A DNA stretch of 63,986 nucleotides, filler included, from Nemertoderma westbladi (lineage: Eukaryota > Animalia > Xenacoelomorpha), in NCBI GenBank assembly GCA_032718475.1. It is 3 parts of 3 records of this genome, joined end to end, with 100 filler letters (N's around TTAATTAATTAA, not from the genome) between each part and the next. Parts side by side here need not be neighbours in the genome. Positions count along the whole stretch, not along the records: positions 29,626 to 54,093 come from JAUCBJ010005667.1; 2 more parts are not named here. The stretch is one strand, 5' to 3'. Position numbers and translations under genes: made by a program. Of this stretch, positions 37,791 to 50,453 are shown one piece after another (within the stretch, counting starts at the first letter, position 1; every line of letters starts with the position of its first letter). The notes below the pieces were generated by a model. It was given only the letters and a program-made list of their open reading frames with translations, made no database searches and was not told the origin of the DNA.

Positions 37791-39099
37791 AAAATATTTT
37801 ATAACATATAAATAGTACAAATTGAGCATTGGGGATGCATATTATACCTGAGAACTTTTAAAAATTTCAATATTGAAAATTATGCTTGGAAATTTAGAAA
37901 TGATTTCACATGCAAAAATGTTTAATATTTATAGGTATCGGATCTCCAGATCAATAAACATATGTTCATGTATTTTATATTGTGAGATAAAGTTTACTAA
38001 CCTTATGTATCTCTATGATAGTGGTAAATACAGTAGGCCTATAATATATAACGTATACCAGATAGTGTTCATTATTTATCTATATTTTATTATATCCATG
38101 TTAATTGTTGATCAAGATAATATATATTTAGTGCAGTATTGATGACTCCTGATAACTTGCAAACGACAATAAAGCAAAAAAGACATACAAAATTTATAAT
38201 GATACAGTATTTATATATTATTTCTTGTCAAATTATTTTTGAAGTTATATAAAATTAAATTAGGGCCTACCGATATCGTAAACGTAATCGTTAAATTTAA
38301 ATTCGTATGTATTTTATAGAGATATCATCAATAATTATATATTTTTATCAATAGGGTTGATGAACAAATGAGATGAACTTCAGTAAATATATCAACAATA
38401 TTTAAAAGTCCCTTCTTTTTAATTCATCCTCACCAATCACCCAAACACCACCCTTTACAACATGACTTTATACCTTCGTCAGCCAATTTAATGATATAAC
38501 TAATCACATTACTGCCAACAATATGACCACCACTACACCCCCCCCCCCCCCCCCCCCCCCTCAACCACGCCCATCCCCCCTCCCCCAGACATATACTGTA
38601 CTTGCACATTCTACTAGGGTGTATTATTTTCAATGTAAAATTGAATTGGATTGAGAAACTGGTCGCTCCAGTCGCGTCGCTAGCGACGCTCCTTCCGCTG
38701 GGAGGGACCATATCCTTAATATCTTTTGTATTATAATGATTTCCTTGTTTAATCTTTAAGATATAATATAAATGAAATCCATTAATATTAAACGTAAACA
38801 CGGATAAATAGCAACCAGGGGTGATGTGAGTTTATTCCATTAGATAGAAATATACTGCTAAAAAATCATAAATTTTAATTCTAATTTAGTGGGCTTCATG
38901 ATATTGCGTTTTTATATTCGCCTACATGTAATCATTACTAACCAAAAGCCAAAACTGATATTTTATTATATATAAAAAAATATATATATCAATATTATAT
39001 AGTTAACCTTTATATCAAACATTCCTGGATTAGAGGTCGCCCATGGGTATTTCTGCCTATTAGGGGGTACAGGGAATACTCCTGAGATGGTTATAAGTA

Positions 39100-39900
39100 A
39101 TAAGTTTGCAAACCAAATGCAGCGAATATCGAGATATTGCGATTTTAAATTCGACCAATCAGAAACGACCATAACTCCGGAACCGTAATTGCAACATCAC
39201 TTCGATCTTCATCAACGGGATGGGATCGCTCCAGAGAACATTTTAATATTTTATTCGCCGCACCAAAGTGAATGGATCTCGAGATAAGGAGTCTTTAAAA
39301 ATTAACCAATCACAGCGCAGCTCTCCTTAAACGGTGGTTCCACCGCGATGGCGTTGTCGGCAACGTGACGGGGATGATCCAAGGAACATTCTAAGCTTTT
39401 ATTCGACGCTCCAAAGTTAATAGATCTCGAGATATCGCGTTTTAAAATTTCGACCAATCACAGGCCATGTAGCCAAAACCAGTAATCCAACAGCGATGAA
39501 TCGTCTTCAGTCAGCTAGGGGACGTTCCATAGAATATTCCTAGCCTTTAAACTCCGCCACAAAGTGAATAAAACTCGAGTTATTAACGTTCAAAGAATCA
39601 TCCAATCAGAGGCCGTATCTGGTGACCACGGTAAGGTCGCGACCTGGGACCCAAACTGGAGCTTCAGAGTACCGTCCACAACATTTTCGCATAAAATTGT
39701 ACCGTAAAATATCAAGGCCTGGGCACATTTTCGACGTTTGAAAGTAATAGCCAATCAGGTGCCAGATATGGTGACCACGGTCTTGTCGTGACCTGAGACC
39801 CAGACTGCAGCTTCAGATTACCGGCCAAAACATATCCGCATAAAATTATATCCAAAAATGTTATTGCCTATAGGCAAGACACCTACCGGTACACGGTCAG
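39100..39900. repeat. Degenerate tandem repeats with recurring (A/G)CCAATCA and CTCGAGAT motifs, probably a transposon interior
   Basis: CCAATCA recurs near 39155, 39307, 39454, 39602 and 39751 (~150-bp period). Confidence 0.55.
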
Positions 39901-41631
39901 TAATGATCATGTCCTGACTGCATGATTTCGGTCTGATCAAATTTTCTGTTGCGTGCATCAGATACCCATCAATGGCCTCTACCCACCTTGGTGGTCAAAA
40001 TCCATTTCGTCAGATAGCCCCGGGTGCGACATTTAAATAACGCAATTTGGGCAACTACAAATTTGGGCACTTTTTATCTGCTTCAAACAACAGTACTTTT
40101 GGCATTCAGACCGCGCCCGCACATGGGGGGCATTATTGGCACCCTTGGGCATCTGCCTAGAACGTTTAAACTACCTGACAACAGGCCCAAAGCCTCCCCT
40201 TAAGAACGGACAACAGGTACCGTGGTGCTGTACCGGCCGTGGTTGTTCTTGTAGGTTTTAGACAAGCAGTGCATACAGCTCGGACTGACTGTTGATTAAA
40301 GATTTTGCAACATCTAACAATCAGCTGATAGTGTTGACGTCAGAACTTGAGTTGTGCAGAACCCTACCTAACAGATTGTTAGAAACAGTGGGATTTTTAA
40401 AACTTATTATAACTAAAATCGCTTATAAATAGGGGACCCCGAAGCCGGTTCTGGCCCAGAAATTTCTCAGAAACTTTTTCGAGGGTGGCGAATCCGATGG
40501 TGAAAACCGCGAGTGCTGAAATTTTTCCGTTCTCTAGATATGGAGATTCTCAGTTGAAAACGGTGTGTTCTGCTAGTGGTGTACGGCGGGGGTCCCCGTG
40601 CCTGTGTACCTCTACAAGGTACCGCTCGTAGAGCGGTGCCTTCCCCATCCATCAAGTTAAAAAAAACTAGAAACACATTTTCTACGGCATTCAAAAAATA
40701 CCTTCTCAATTCCCTCTAGCTTCTTATAACCCAAAATCAAACATATGTTACTTTAAAATTTCAACATTTTAAATTTATTGCTGCTAAACCTTCAGATTTA
40801 TAATATTATACCGTTCGATCCACTCTGATACCCATTTCACAAACTGTAGTTTCTTGTTCACCGTCAATATAAAATTGATCTAAACTTGAGTAACAATTCG
40901 CACCACCCCCCCCTCCCCCTCCCTCCCCCTCTCACAACTTATACATCTGTCCAGGCTCAACTAGCCCCGCTATTGCCTGTGCTTTTGGATATTATATCAT
41001 ATTAAATATATTATATATATACAGTATTTTTATCCTGTGTGCAATATATAGCAAGTTATGAGAGAATGAAATATACTGAAATAAAATAATACGACCTGGT
41101 ATGCTGCAGCAGCCCACTAAATTTAGTGGGCCTACTTGTTTCTACTTGTAAATCGATTATAATTTTGTAAATTATACTCCCCATGTGTTTTTTATAAATT
41201 GGTGATATTCATAAACTTGTTAATTAATAAAAAAAACAAGTAGCACAGCTCAGATTGCAAACAAAAAATCTTTAAAACGTGTTAACCTAGGCAAAATATA
41301 AAAAGTGAAAATGTAAAGAAAAGGAGGTGAATTATATTTAATATTATCACGTTCTTTATATATTTTATTTTGACTTATTACATTATATTATTATTACGTT
41401 CTTTATATATTTTATGTTAACTTATTACTTTATATTATTATTGTCTACTTTATATTATTATAACGTTCTTTATATTTTATGTTAACTTATTACTTTATTA
41501 TTTTATTAGGATTGCCAACCCAATATTCCCCAGTGTGAAAACACATCAATGGCCCTGATAAGGGCTCTTTATTAATTAAATAGATAGAGTAACAATCCTG
41601 AAAATTAAACGTAAACCAGAAAATTAATTGT

Positions 41632-41978
41632 GTGACTCCCCTGTAGAGAAATATCTCAGTTTTAAAGAGTCTCTCTGGGCTCGGACTCAACGTGTGACCC
41701 CCCTGTAGAGAAATATCTCAGTTTTAAAGAGTCTCTCTGGGCTCGGACTCAACGTGTGACCCCCCCCCCCCCCTGTAGAGAAATATCTCAGTTTAAAGAG
41801 TCTCTCTGGGCTCGGACTCAACGTGTGACCCCCCTGTAGAGAATTATCTCAGTTTTAAGGAGTCTCTCTGGGCTCGGACTCAACATGTGACCCCCCTGTA
41901 GAGAAATATCTCTGTAGAATCGAGTCTCTCTGGGCGCGGACTCACTACTATAGTGACCCCTCTGTAGAGAAATATCTC
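41632..41978. repeat. Tandem repeat, 62-bp unit, ~5.5 copies
   Basis: GTGACCCCCTGTAGAGAAATATCTCAGTTTTAAAGAGTCTCTCTGGGCTCGGACTCAACGT; a related lone copy lies at ~1889-1962. Confidence 0.95.
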
Positions 41979-42015
41979 AATAAAGTCACGTCTGTCCGAG
42001 ATTTAAACATTCACT

Positions 42016-44305
42016 TCAGTTCAATTCACTTCGGTTCAATAAGTTTAAATAACGACAGTTGGTAATGGGATCAAGGTTCCAGGTATTAGTACAACTTTCG
42101 CACTGAGTCTTTACTGAAGCTTGAATTCGTACTGAATGTTTCAACAATTTATGGGCAATGTAACCGCTAATACACACAACTGCCTCCTTTGTCACAACAT
42201 CTAATTCCGAATCATCCAGCTTTCCTTCATCTATTTCTGAAATGAGTTGAGTATATGACTCGGTCTCAATAGGGGTAAGAATCGAACTGATGTCTACGTC
42301 GGCCTTCAACATAGAACGTAGTTGGAGAATCTTCTCCGATTGCACAGCTTCTTTATGGCTGATCAGGAAGCGCCCACCATTCATCTGTCTATAGCAGCCA
42401 TATCGTCTCTCGAGTTTATCGCTCTGTAAACGACGAGTAAGAACATATTTATAGGAACCGCAACCGGAGGTCAATAGTTTTGAACCGATATCGGCTATAA
42501 CATCGTTTGTAACAGCAAACGCATTTCGAGTTTGTTGCGAAAACATGTGTGTCGAGGTAGTGTTGTCGCGTAGCCATTCGGATAGTTGGTGGAGGAACTC
42601 CGGTTTGCCATCGCCTAGAACCATAGCATTTCCAATAGGATCCGGATGAAATTGCTCATTGGCATTAACAACCAACCACCAGTGACTGACTAAACGAAGG
42701 AAGGAAGCGGTACATTTCTCTTCGGGATAGTAAAACTCACAGGCTGCAATAGTAGAGGGATGAAAAACTGCTAAAGCCAGAGGAACACTCTGTTTATTAT
42801 TTCCAAAATGAGTTGCAGAGTAAGTCAACTTGGGAGCCAATCGTAGATGTGAGGAAGTGCAACTGTCCCATTCCTCGACCTTGTATAAATGTTGCCATTT
42901 AATAACACCGGGAGGAACAGTATATACCGTGCTATTAAGAGAGTATTTAAATGACTTATTGATCTTAAACCATCCCATTGAAGCAAGGTTGTTTCGAATA
43001 TTCTTAAGAATATGAACCGGGTCATACATTAAGTGAGGCGCATTTATGTCCATAGATTCTGACAGTTTGCTATAAGCAGCAACGTTAACAGGCGCATTAT
43101 CACCAATAACAGCAAGCAAGTTAAATTTAGTTTGTGATATTAACTTTCTACATGTCTCAATCCCTGTCTTAATAACCTCTTTATTGGCAGTAACCACCGG
43201 AACAGCGTGAATAATAACTGGGATCGACTGTTTAATTGACGACACCATATAACACATAAGTCCAGTGTAAAGTTTGTCCGAATCAGAATCTTTCCCGTAT
43301 AAATGTCCGTCGCTATACATTTCCTGCTGTTGCAATATAATCTCATCCTCGATCAACACAACATCGTTAGAGATCTTTCCCGAGGTTCTGAGAGCAGTTA
43401 ATGCAGCCATCGAGTCTACGTTTCCAGATGTAATATTTCGGAGAAGTCTCAGCGAAGGAAGAGGAACTTGAGTTGCGAGTATCTTATACGCATTAACCGA
43501 GGTGTACCGGAGTAGCAATGCTATCTGATCTGCTCAGCCGTGTACTTTGGGCGACCTTTAGGTTTGGACAACTTTAAGGCCAACAGACTCCAAATAACTG
43601 AGTCAGATTCATCCTTATTAGTCCGGCAGTAATTGAGTAGTTCGGAAATAACAGTTGTTGATGTTATTATACAGTTATAAGTTGCTCGCAACCATGATGG
43701 TAGTGGAAGAGGGACACCCTCATAGGAAAGGTGAACATGAAGGTCGTCATCAATAGTGAGACATTCGTGTACTGAAGGAATGCCTAAACTAAAGATCAAC
43801 CTAAACTAAAGATCGACACGGAATTCTCATTGACTTTTACCTCGTACTCCTCAAACTCAATCGACACCTCTAAATACAACCGGATATCAGTAAGAGACAA
43901 AACTCGAGTTCTCTTACTGAACTCTTCAATCTCATCCCGCTGATACACTCGTTTCAAGGGTTTTTTGCGTGACAGAGTTACTTGTTTTATAGAGGATACA
44001 GGGATACAGGCCGGGTATATCGAAGGAAATGCACCGGATTTTAGCGTTAAACGTTGGGCATTCCTGTTGATCCATTGATCCTCAAAATGTAAAATACACA
44101 CCTTGGAGTGATCAGATGGGGCCCATGGCGATGTCACTGTGGCAGACGATGTCGTTGTACGGGCTCTATTCGACATAAACTGGATCCACCGGCACCGCAC
44201 ATCGGGTTGTTTCGGGAAACTAAACATTGAGGGAGTTCCAGTTCCTGGCGAAGCTTCTGACGAATATCCCGACCTACACCCAACTACGTAACACTTTCCA
44301 ACCAT
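42016..44305 (-). pseudogene. THAP-domain P-element-type transposase with two frameshifts and a truncated C-terminus
   Basis: THAP domain CYVVGC...FPK...W...VCILHF...AFPSI; catalytic-region motifs EDEIILQ, GDNAPVN, DPVHILKNIRNN, QSDKLE. A 17-bp tandem duplication at ~43783-43816 and a 1-bp loss at ~43521 break the frame. Confidence 0.93.
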
Positions 44306-45523
44306 TATATATTTAGTTAAATACAGCAATATAAATTTAGCCTACTGGTAGTGTAATCAGGTAGGCCTAATAGAAGCCTAGCCTATAACAAAGAGGCAAA
44401 AACGGACGGACTGACGGTGGACGGAGTGTATATGTCGCCCAACTGATGCCAAACTGGTCTGTAGATATAGTAGGCTAGGCAGGTAGGTACGGCGGTACGG
44501 GCCCTGTTGAAAAGTTTTATTTCCTGCGCCGAACGCGGCGCCTGGTGCAAAAAACCTTGCGCCGGATCAGTGCGAAGCCACGCCAGGTGGGGGTGGCCCG
44601 GTGCACAAAATCCTTCACCGGCTCTGTGAAATGCTCAGCCAGGCTGCCAGGTGTAAAAAATGTATTAATAATTAGGCCTACCGATAATACAGTAATAATA
44701 CAATAGGCAGATAGGCCCTAATACAGTAATAAAAATATTTCGACGCCGGCCACCGGCTGCGTCGACAGGCCGAGTGCAGCATCTCTATTACAGTATTATT
44801 GCTGTATGGCCAATACAGCATAATTATTGCAAATTATGCAATAATAACACTACACAGAAATAATACAGTAATACATAATAGACTACAGGACCGAGGCTAT
44901 CAGATACCGGTAACTACTGAACTAACTGACTAACAGTGAGTGACAGTACAGTTGTAGGCATAAAACATAATAAAGGACAGACAAGTGACAGCGTAGAGAA
45001 CTCCTGATTTCTCTTTAATTAATTTATTTATTTAACTAAGTTATTAGAAGCTTCTTGTAGGAAGTAATTAAGAAACAACCATTATTTATAAAGAGAATCA
45101 AGTAGGCCCACTAAATTTAGTGGGCTGCTGCAGCATACAAGGTCGTATTATAGTAGGTCATGGAGTCCTCCTTGGTCGACCCTGGTGTCGTTCTCATATC
45201 AAGTTCTTGGTAAGGAGTACTGCTGTAGAGGAGAGTTGCGGTCGAGAGTTTGACATGCAGAAACGTGGTAGGAATCCTGATATTGAATGAATAACATAGT
45301 GTAAGAGTTTGCAGTAGTATAATGTTCAATGAGTAACATAATAATGAATAATCTGAGATGTATTAGAAGGAGTAATACCGATCAACGCCACATAGAGTAG
45401 AAATGATGTGCGAACACCACCAGAATGAGTAACACCCGAATGAATCAAATCCTGGTATATGTAGCGCTAATACTAATAGCAATATAAAATTAACTATATA
45501 TTAAGCCGGCATAGCAACCTTAA

Positions 45524-47091
45524 CCCTATTAAACCCGGGGGGGGGGGGGGGGGGGGGGGGTCAATATGACCCCCCGTGGTTTTTTTATTATAATTCTGAA
45601 ACAAACGCAGTTGGGAATCTGAAATTTTATGACTTTTCCTAAAAATCTATTGTCTTCCTAGTAGTGAAAACCGTTTTCAAAAATATTGGGTACTTTTCGA
45701 GTTATAGCACCATTTTTTAACCCTACTTTTGGCACTTTTTTGAGACGTTTTTTGAAAATTACATTTCATTAAATATGAATTGTAACATCTCTATTTTTGA
45801 TTTACACCGGTTTTTTGGTGTTAGAAATTTGATGGAATTCATATAAATTGATTTAGAAATTTCAAACTTGTTTTTTTCGGTGGGCACCGAATTTTGGCAC
45901 CATATTTTGAAATAAGTCAATTTTGTAAATTGATCGTTTGAAACTTGTTTTTTACGCAATTGGGGTTTTTTGGGTTTCTGGATTCGATGAAATATATACG
46001 AGTTGCACCAAGCGTATCAAACTTGTATTTTTCGGTGCTGTGTGCAAATTTTGGTGCTAGCACGAAATTTTGAAAATCCATTCAATAGATAAAATTGCTT
46101 GTGACAATTTATTTCTTGCGTTTTAGAGGTTTATGGCTGTTCTGAATTCAATGGAAAATATAATTATCGAACTAGACATCTCAAACTTGTATTTTTCGGA
46201 TGTGGGTGCAAAATGTGGTGCTAGCACCAAATTTTGAAAACCATCAAATATATCAATTGATTGTGTCACCTTATTTCTTGCGTTATACGGGTTTGTGATG
46301 GTTCTGAATTCAATGGAATCAGTAAAAATTTCATAAGAGTTCTCAAACTTTTATTTTTCGCCGGTGGGTGAAAATTGTTGTGCCAGCACCAAATTTTGGA
46401 AAATATGCAAATTGATAAGTAGATAGTATCACCTTGTTTCTTGCGATATACGGGTTTATGAGGGTCCTGAATCCGATGGAATCAATAAAAACAACACTGG
46501 ACATCGCAAACTTGTACTTTTTGGTGATGGGTACGAAATTTGGTGCTAGCACCAAAATTTGCCAAATTACGCCGAAAAATACAAGTAGCAATGATCTGGC
46601 ATATTAGAAATGTATTCCATTAGAATCAGCGCCCTCAAAAACCTGTAAATGTGAATTTGTAGCATCGTATAAGTGAATTAAAAATTTTGTGTTCTAACTG
46701 AAAAGTGCTGGTTACTTGTTTTTTTTCATTTTTTTCCTACGCAGAGAGGACTAAACAGCCATTTATAGTAATCATATCATTTTTTAATATTTTCCAATGT
46801 ATTTTGCACCCCAGAAAACCTGTATTGAAAAATAATTAGCCGAAAATGTAACTTTCAAATTTGGTGAAAATTGTGCACTGCTTGTAATTTTTGTGCTGCA
46901 ATATAACCACCCCAGTACATTTTTTCGAAAATTTTTTTTTTCGGTCGGATCCAGACAAGTGATACCTACGTACAAACAAAAAATCAGACGTTTTCGTAAA
47001 TATTTGTAGATTTTAGAGGGAGAGGGTCAATATGACCCCCCCCCCCCCCCCCGGTATTTGTACAACATTTTATAGCCCGGTACTAATAGGG
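45524..47091. mobile_element. Non-autonomous piggyBac-like element, copy 1
   Basis: TTAA|CCCTATTAAACCCGGG ... CCCGGTACTAATAGGG|TTAA; internal TGGTGCTAGCACCA repeats; closely similar to 48885-50453. Confidence 0.9.
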
Positions 47092-47664
47092 TTAATGGAC
47101 GCTGCATTACAGCAGTCCAAATCTAGATTGCATGGTGTTGGTGTTGCCATGGTGTTGGCACAATTTTTTTGTTTATGCCATGATATCATCTCAATCAATG
47201 CAGCTGGCCGAATTAGTGATTGAAATATGAAACGAAAGTGAGATACTAATATATAGTTAAGTTGAAATTTAAATGAAATTTAACCCTCTGCGTGCCAACA
47301 CTTGATAAAGTCGGCACACTGCCGCCTTTTTCATTTTAAATAATTCATGGCCATGGTCATAAAGGCTGCAGTGTGTATTATCATGACCCCCAGGGCGGCA
47401 GGGTGAAGCTTTTATTTAAAACCTCTTATAAATTTCTTATAACTATTGGAATGGAAAAATAGAGTTCATATTCGAATTGGGCAGGAAAAAATGGTCTATA
47501 AAAGTTAATTTAGTATTGCTTGAAGGAAAGCCTAATGGTTTGAGGGTACATTAAATTACATAATTTATGCAATTTAATTTCAATTTAGCCAATAATTTTG
47601 TTACAAAAGATTAAGGCGGCTGTGTGCCACTCACGGGGTTCAAATGAAAGATTTAACAATTTCG

Positions 47665-47774
47665 AAAATGGTTAAGTAGGATTGGTAGTAAAATGGTTAA
47701 GTAGGATTGGTAGTAAAATGGTTAAGTAGGATTGGTAGTAAAATGGTTAAGTAGGATTGGTAATAAAATGGTTA
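47665..47774. repeat. 25-bp tandem repeat, ~4.4 copies
   Basis: AAAATGGTTAAGTAGGATTGGTAGT in tandem. Confidence 0.95.
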
Positions 47775-48169
47775 TATTCTTTATATAAAAATATCTGATA
47801 CGAGAAGAATATTTTTATTTATTTATTTATTTGGGTTATCGGGCCGAGACCCATTGTACATACTGATATATCCATGACCTACTATATATACGACCATGAA
47901 AGCTGCATTCTACCTACTAAATTTAGTAGGCACACGTTTTGAAAATAATTTTTCATATTATATTTGAAGGATTTTATAATAAAAGTCTTCTAGAACATTT
48001 TTTTATGATTCATTTCAATAGTAAGTATTATAATTTTGAAACAACTTATTTTAATAGCTATTTTTATATATTATTGGTAATTGCCGGTTCTTTGTTTTTA
48101 TTGCTTTTAATACTTAATTAACTACAAGCGTTTGAAAATTTATTGAGTCTATTTAATTACTATCTATTA

Positions 48170-48398
48170 GGGAGACACGGGGAAACTGGACGCAAAACCC
48201 GCCTTGACGAATTAATATCCCGCCTCAATGTTAAATTCTCAATTTAGGGAAAGGAGCAGGCTACATGTTATTTTAACCAAAACAATAAACTAAACACAAT
48301 GGAACAGGTTACAGCTTTATTTTTGAGAGTAATCAGCTGTTATTTACGTCCAATTTCCCCTGGATGAATTTTATTGTGTCCAGTCCCCCCCCCCCCCC
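48170..48398. mobile_element. ~230-bp TA-flanked MITE (pogo/Tc-like, inferred)
   Basis: TA|GGGAGACACGGGGAAACTGGAC ... GTCCAGTCCCC..C|TA; related copies at ~51570-51718, ~60028-60268 and a fragment at ~29380-29510. Confidence 0.7.
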
Positions 48399-48884
48399 TA
48401 TCTACTATTAGGACACAGTTTTTATTACATTATTTTTTTGTTAGTGTTCTACAGTAGATTGTTTAGCAATTAAGTATCTATTGTAAATGAAATTAGCTAA
48501 ATTGAGATTTTTGGTCGTTATATTCATTACGTCATTATATTATTGGCTGTACATTTCAAAAAAAGAAATGATTTGATTTTTTTTAATAACTTAAAAACTA
48601 TTGTAAATTATTTAACAATACCACACAAAAATGTGTAACATACATGTTGGCTACACCCGCGCAACAATGTTTTATTACCTTTTGGTTATTTTTTGTTTTA
48701 TTGTCAATAAACGTTTTCTGAGTTCAAAAGTAAATTTTTGCCCTTTACAACGAATGAAAATTCGCATCCTTTTTTTACTGTATGTTAATTGTAATTCACA
48801 GCATGTGTTGACTAATTATTGCACTATCCTGCCATATATTGTTTTCCAGTTTTGGTTCAGCCGTTTTGAAATTATATCAATTAA

Positions 48885-50453
48885 CCCTATTAAACCCGGG
48901 GGGGGGTGGGTCAATATGACCCTCCCCGTGGTTTTTTTTTATTATAATTCTGAAACAAACGCAGTTGGGAATCTGAAATTTTATGACTTTTCCTAAAAAT
49001 GTCTTCCTAGTAGTGAAAACCGTTTTCAAAAATATTGGGTAGTTTTCGAGTTATAGCACCATTTTTTAACCCAACTTTTGGCACTTTTTTTGAGACGTTT
49101 TTTGAAAATTACATTTCATTAAATATTAATTGTAACATCTCTATTTTTGATTTATACCGGTTTTTTGGTGTTAGCAATTGGATGGAATTTATATAAATTA
49201 ATTTGGAAATTTCAAACTTGTTTTTTTCGGCGGGTGCCAAATTTTGGTGCCAGCACCAAATTTTGAAATATGTCAATTTTGTAAATTGATTGTTTGAAAC
49301 TTGTTTTTTACGCAATTGGGGTTTTTTGGGGTTCTGGTTTCGATGAAATATATACGAGTTGCACCAAGCGTATCAAACTTCTATTTTTCGGTGCGTTGTG
49401 CAAATTTTGGTGCTAGCACGAAATTTTGAAAATCCATTCAATAGATAAAATTGCTTGTGACAATTTATTTCTTGCGTTTTAGAGGTTTATGGCTGTTCTG
49501 AATTCAATGGAATATATAATTATCGAACTAGACATCTCAAACTTGTATTTTTCGGAAATGGGTGCAAAATGTGGTGCTAGCACCAAATTTTGAAAACCAT
49601 CAAATATATCAATTGATTGTGTCACCTTGTTTCTTGCGGTATACTGGTTTGTTAGGGTTCTGAATTCAATGGAATCAGTAAAAATTTCATAAGAGATTTC
49701 AAACTTGTATTTTGTCGCCGGTGGGTGAAAATTGTTGTGCCGGCACCAAATTTTGGAAAATGAGTAAATTGATCAGTAGATAGTATCATCTTGTTTCTTG
49801 CGTTATATGGGTTTATGAGGGTCCTGAATCCGATGGAATCAATAAAAACAGCACTGGAGATCGCAAACTTTGGTCAAACTTTGGATTTTTGGTGATGGGT
49901 ACGAAATTTGGTGCTAGCACCAAAATTTGCCAAATTACGCCGAAAAATACAAGTAGCAATGATCTGGCATATTTGAAATGTATTCCATTAGAATCAGCGC
50001 CCTAAAAAACCTGAAAATGTGAATTTATAGCATCGTATAAGTTAATTAAAAATTTTGTGTTCTAATTGAAAAGTGCTGGTTACTTGTTTTTTTCATTTTT
50101 TTCCTACGCATAGAGGACTAAACAGCCATTTATGGTAATCATATCATTTTTAAATATTTTCCAATGTATTTTGCGCCCCAGAAAACCTGTATTAAAAAAC
50201 AATTGGCCTAAAAATGTAACTTTCAAATTTTGTGAAAATTGTGCACTACTTATAATTTTGGTGCTACAATATTACCACCCCAGTACATTTTTTCGAAATT
50301 TTTTTTTTCGGTCGGATCCAGACTAGTGATACCTACGTACAAACAAAAAATCAGACGTTTTCGTTAATATTTGTAGATTTTAGAAGGAGGGGTCAATATG
50401 ACCCCCCCCCCCCCGGTATTTGTACAGCATTTTATAGCCCGGTACTAATAGGG
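48885..50453. mobile_element. Non-autonomous piggyBac-like element, copy 2 (nested in the foldback element)
   Basis: Same TIRs, with TTAA TSD at 48881-48884 and 50454-50457. Confidence 0.9.

Larger units (their letters stand above)
41086..45162 (-). mobile_element. P-superfamily (THAP) DNA transposon, defective; left terminus lacks its outer ~11 bp
   Basis: ~53-bp inverted repeats (41086-41138 and 45099-45151, one mismatch) flank the transposase; right end TAGTAGGTCATG. Confidence 0.85.

Noticed and set aside
39008-39082. Exon-like segment (tctcag|...|gttaac) as the LOX first exon
   Set aside because: No PLAT similarity in any frame and it lies across an artificial gap.
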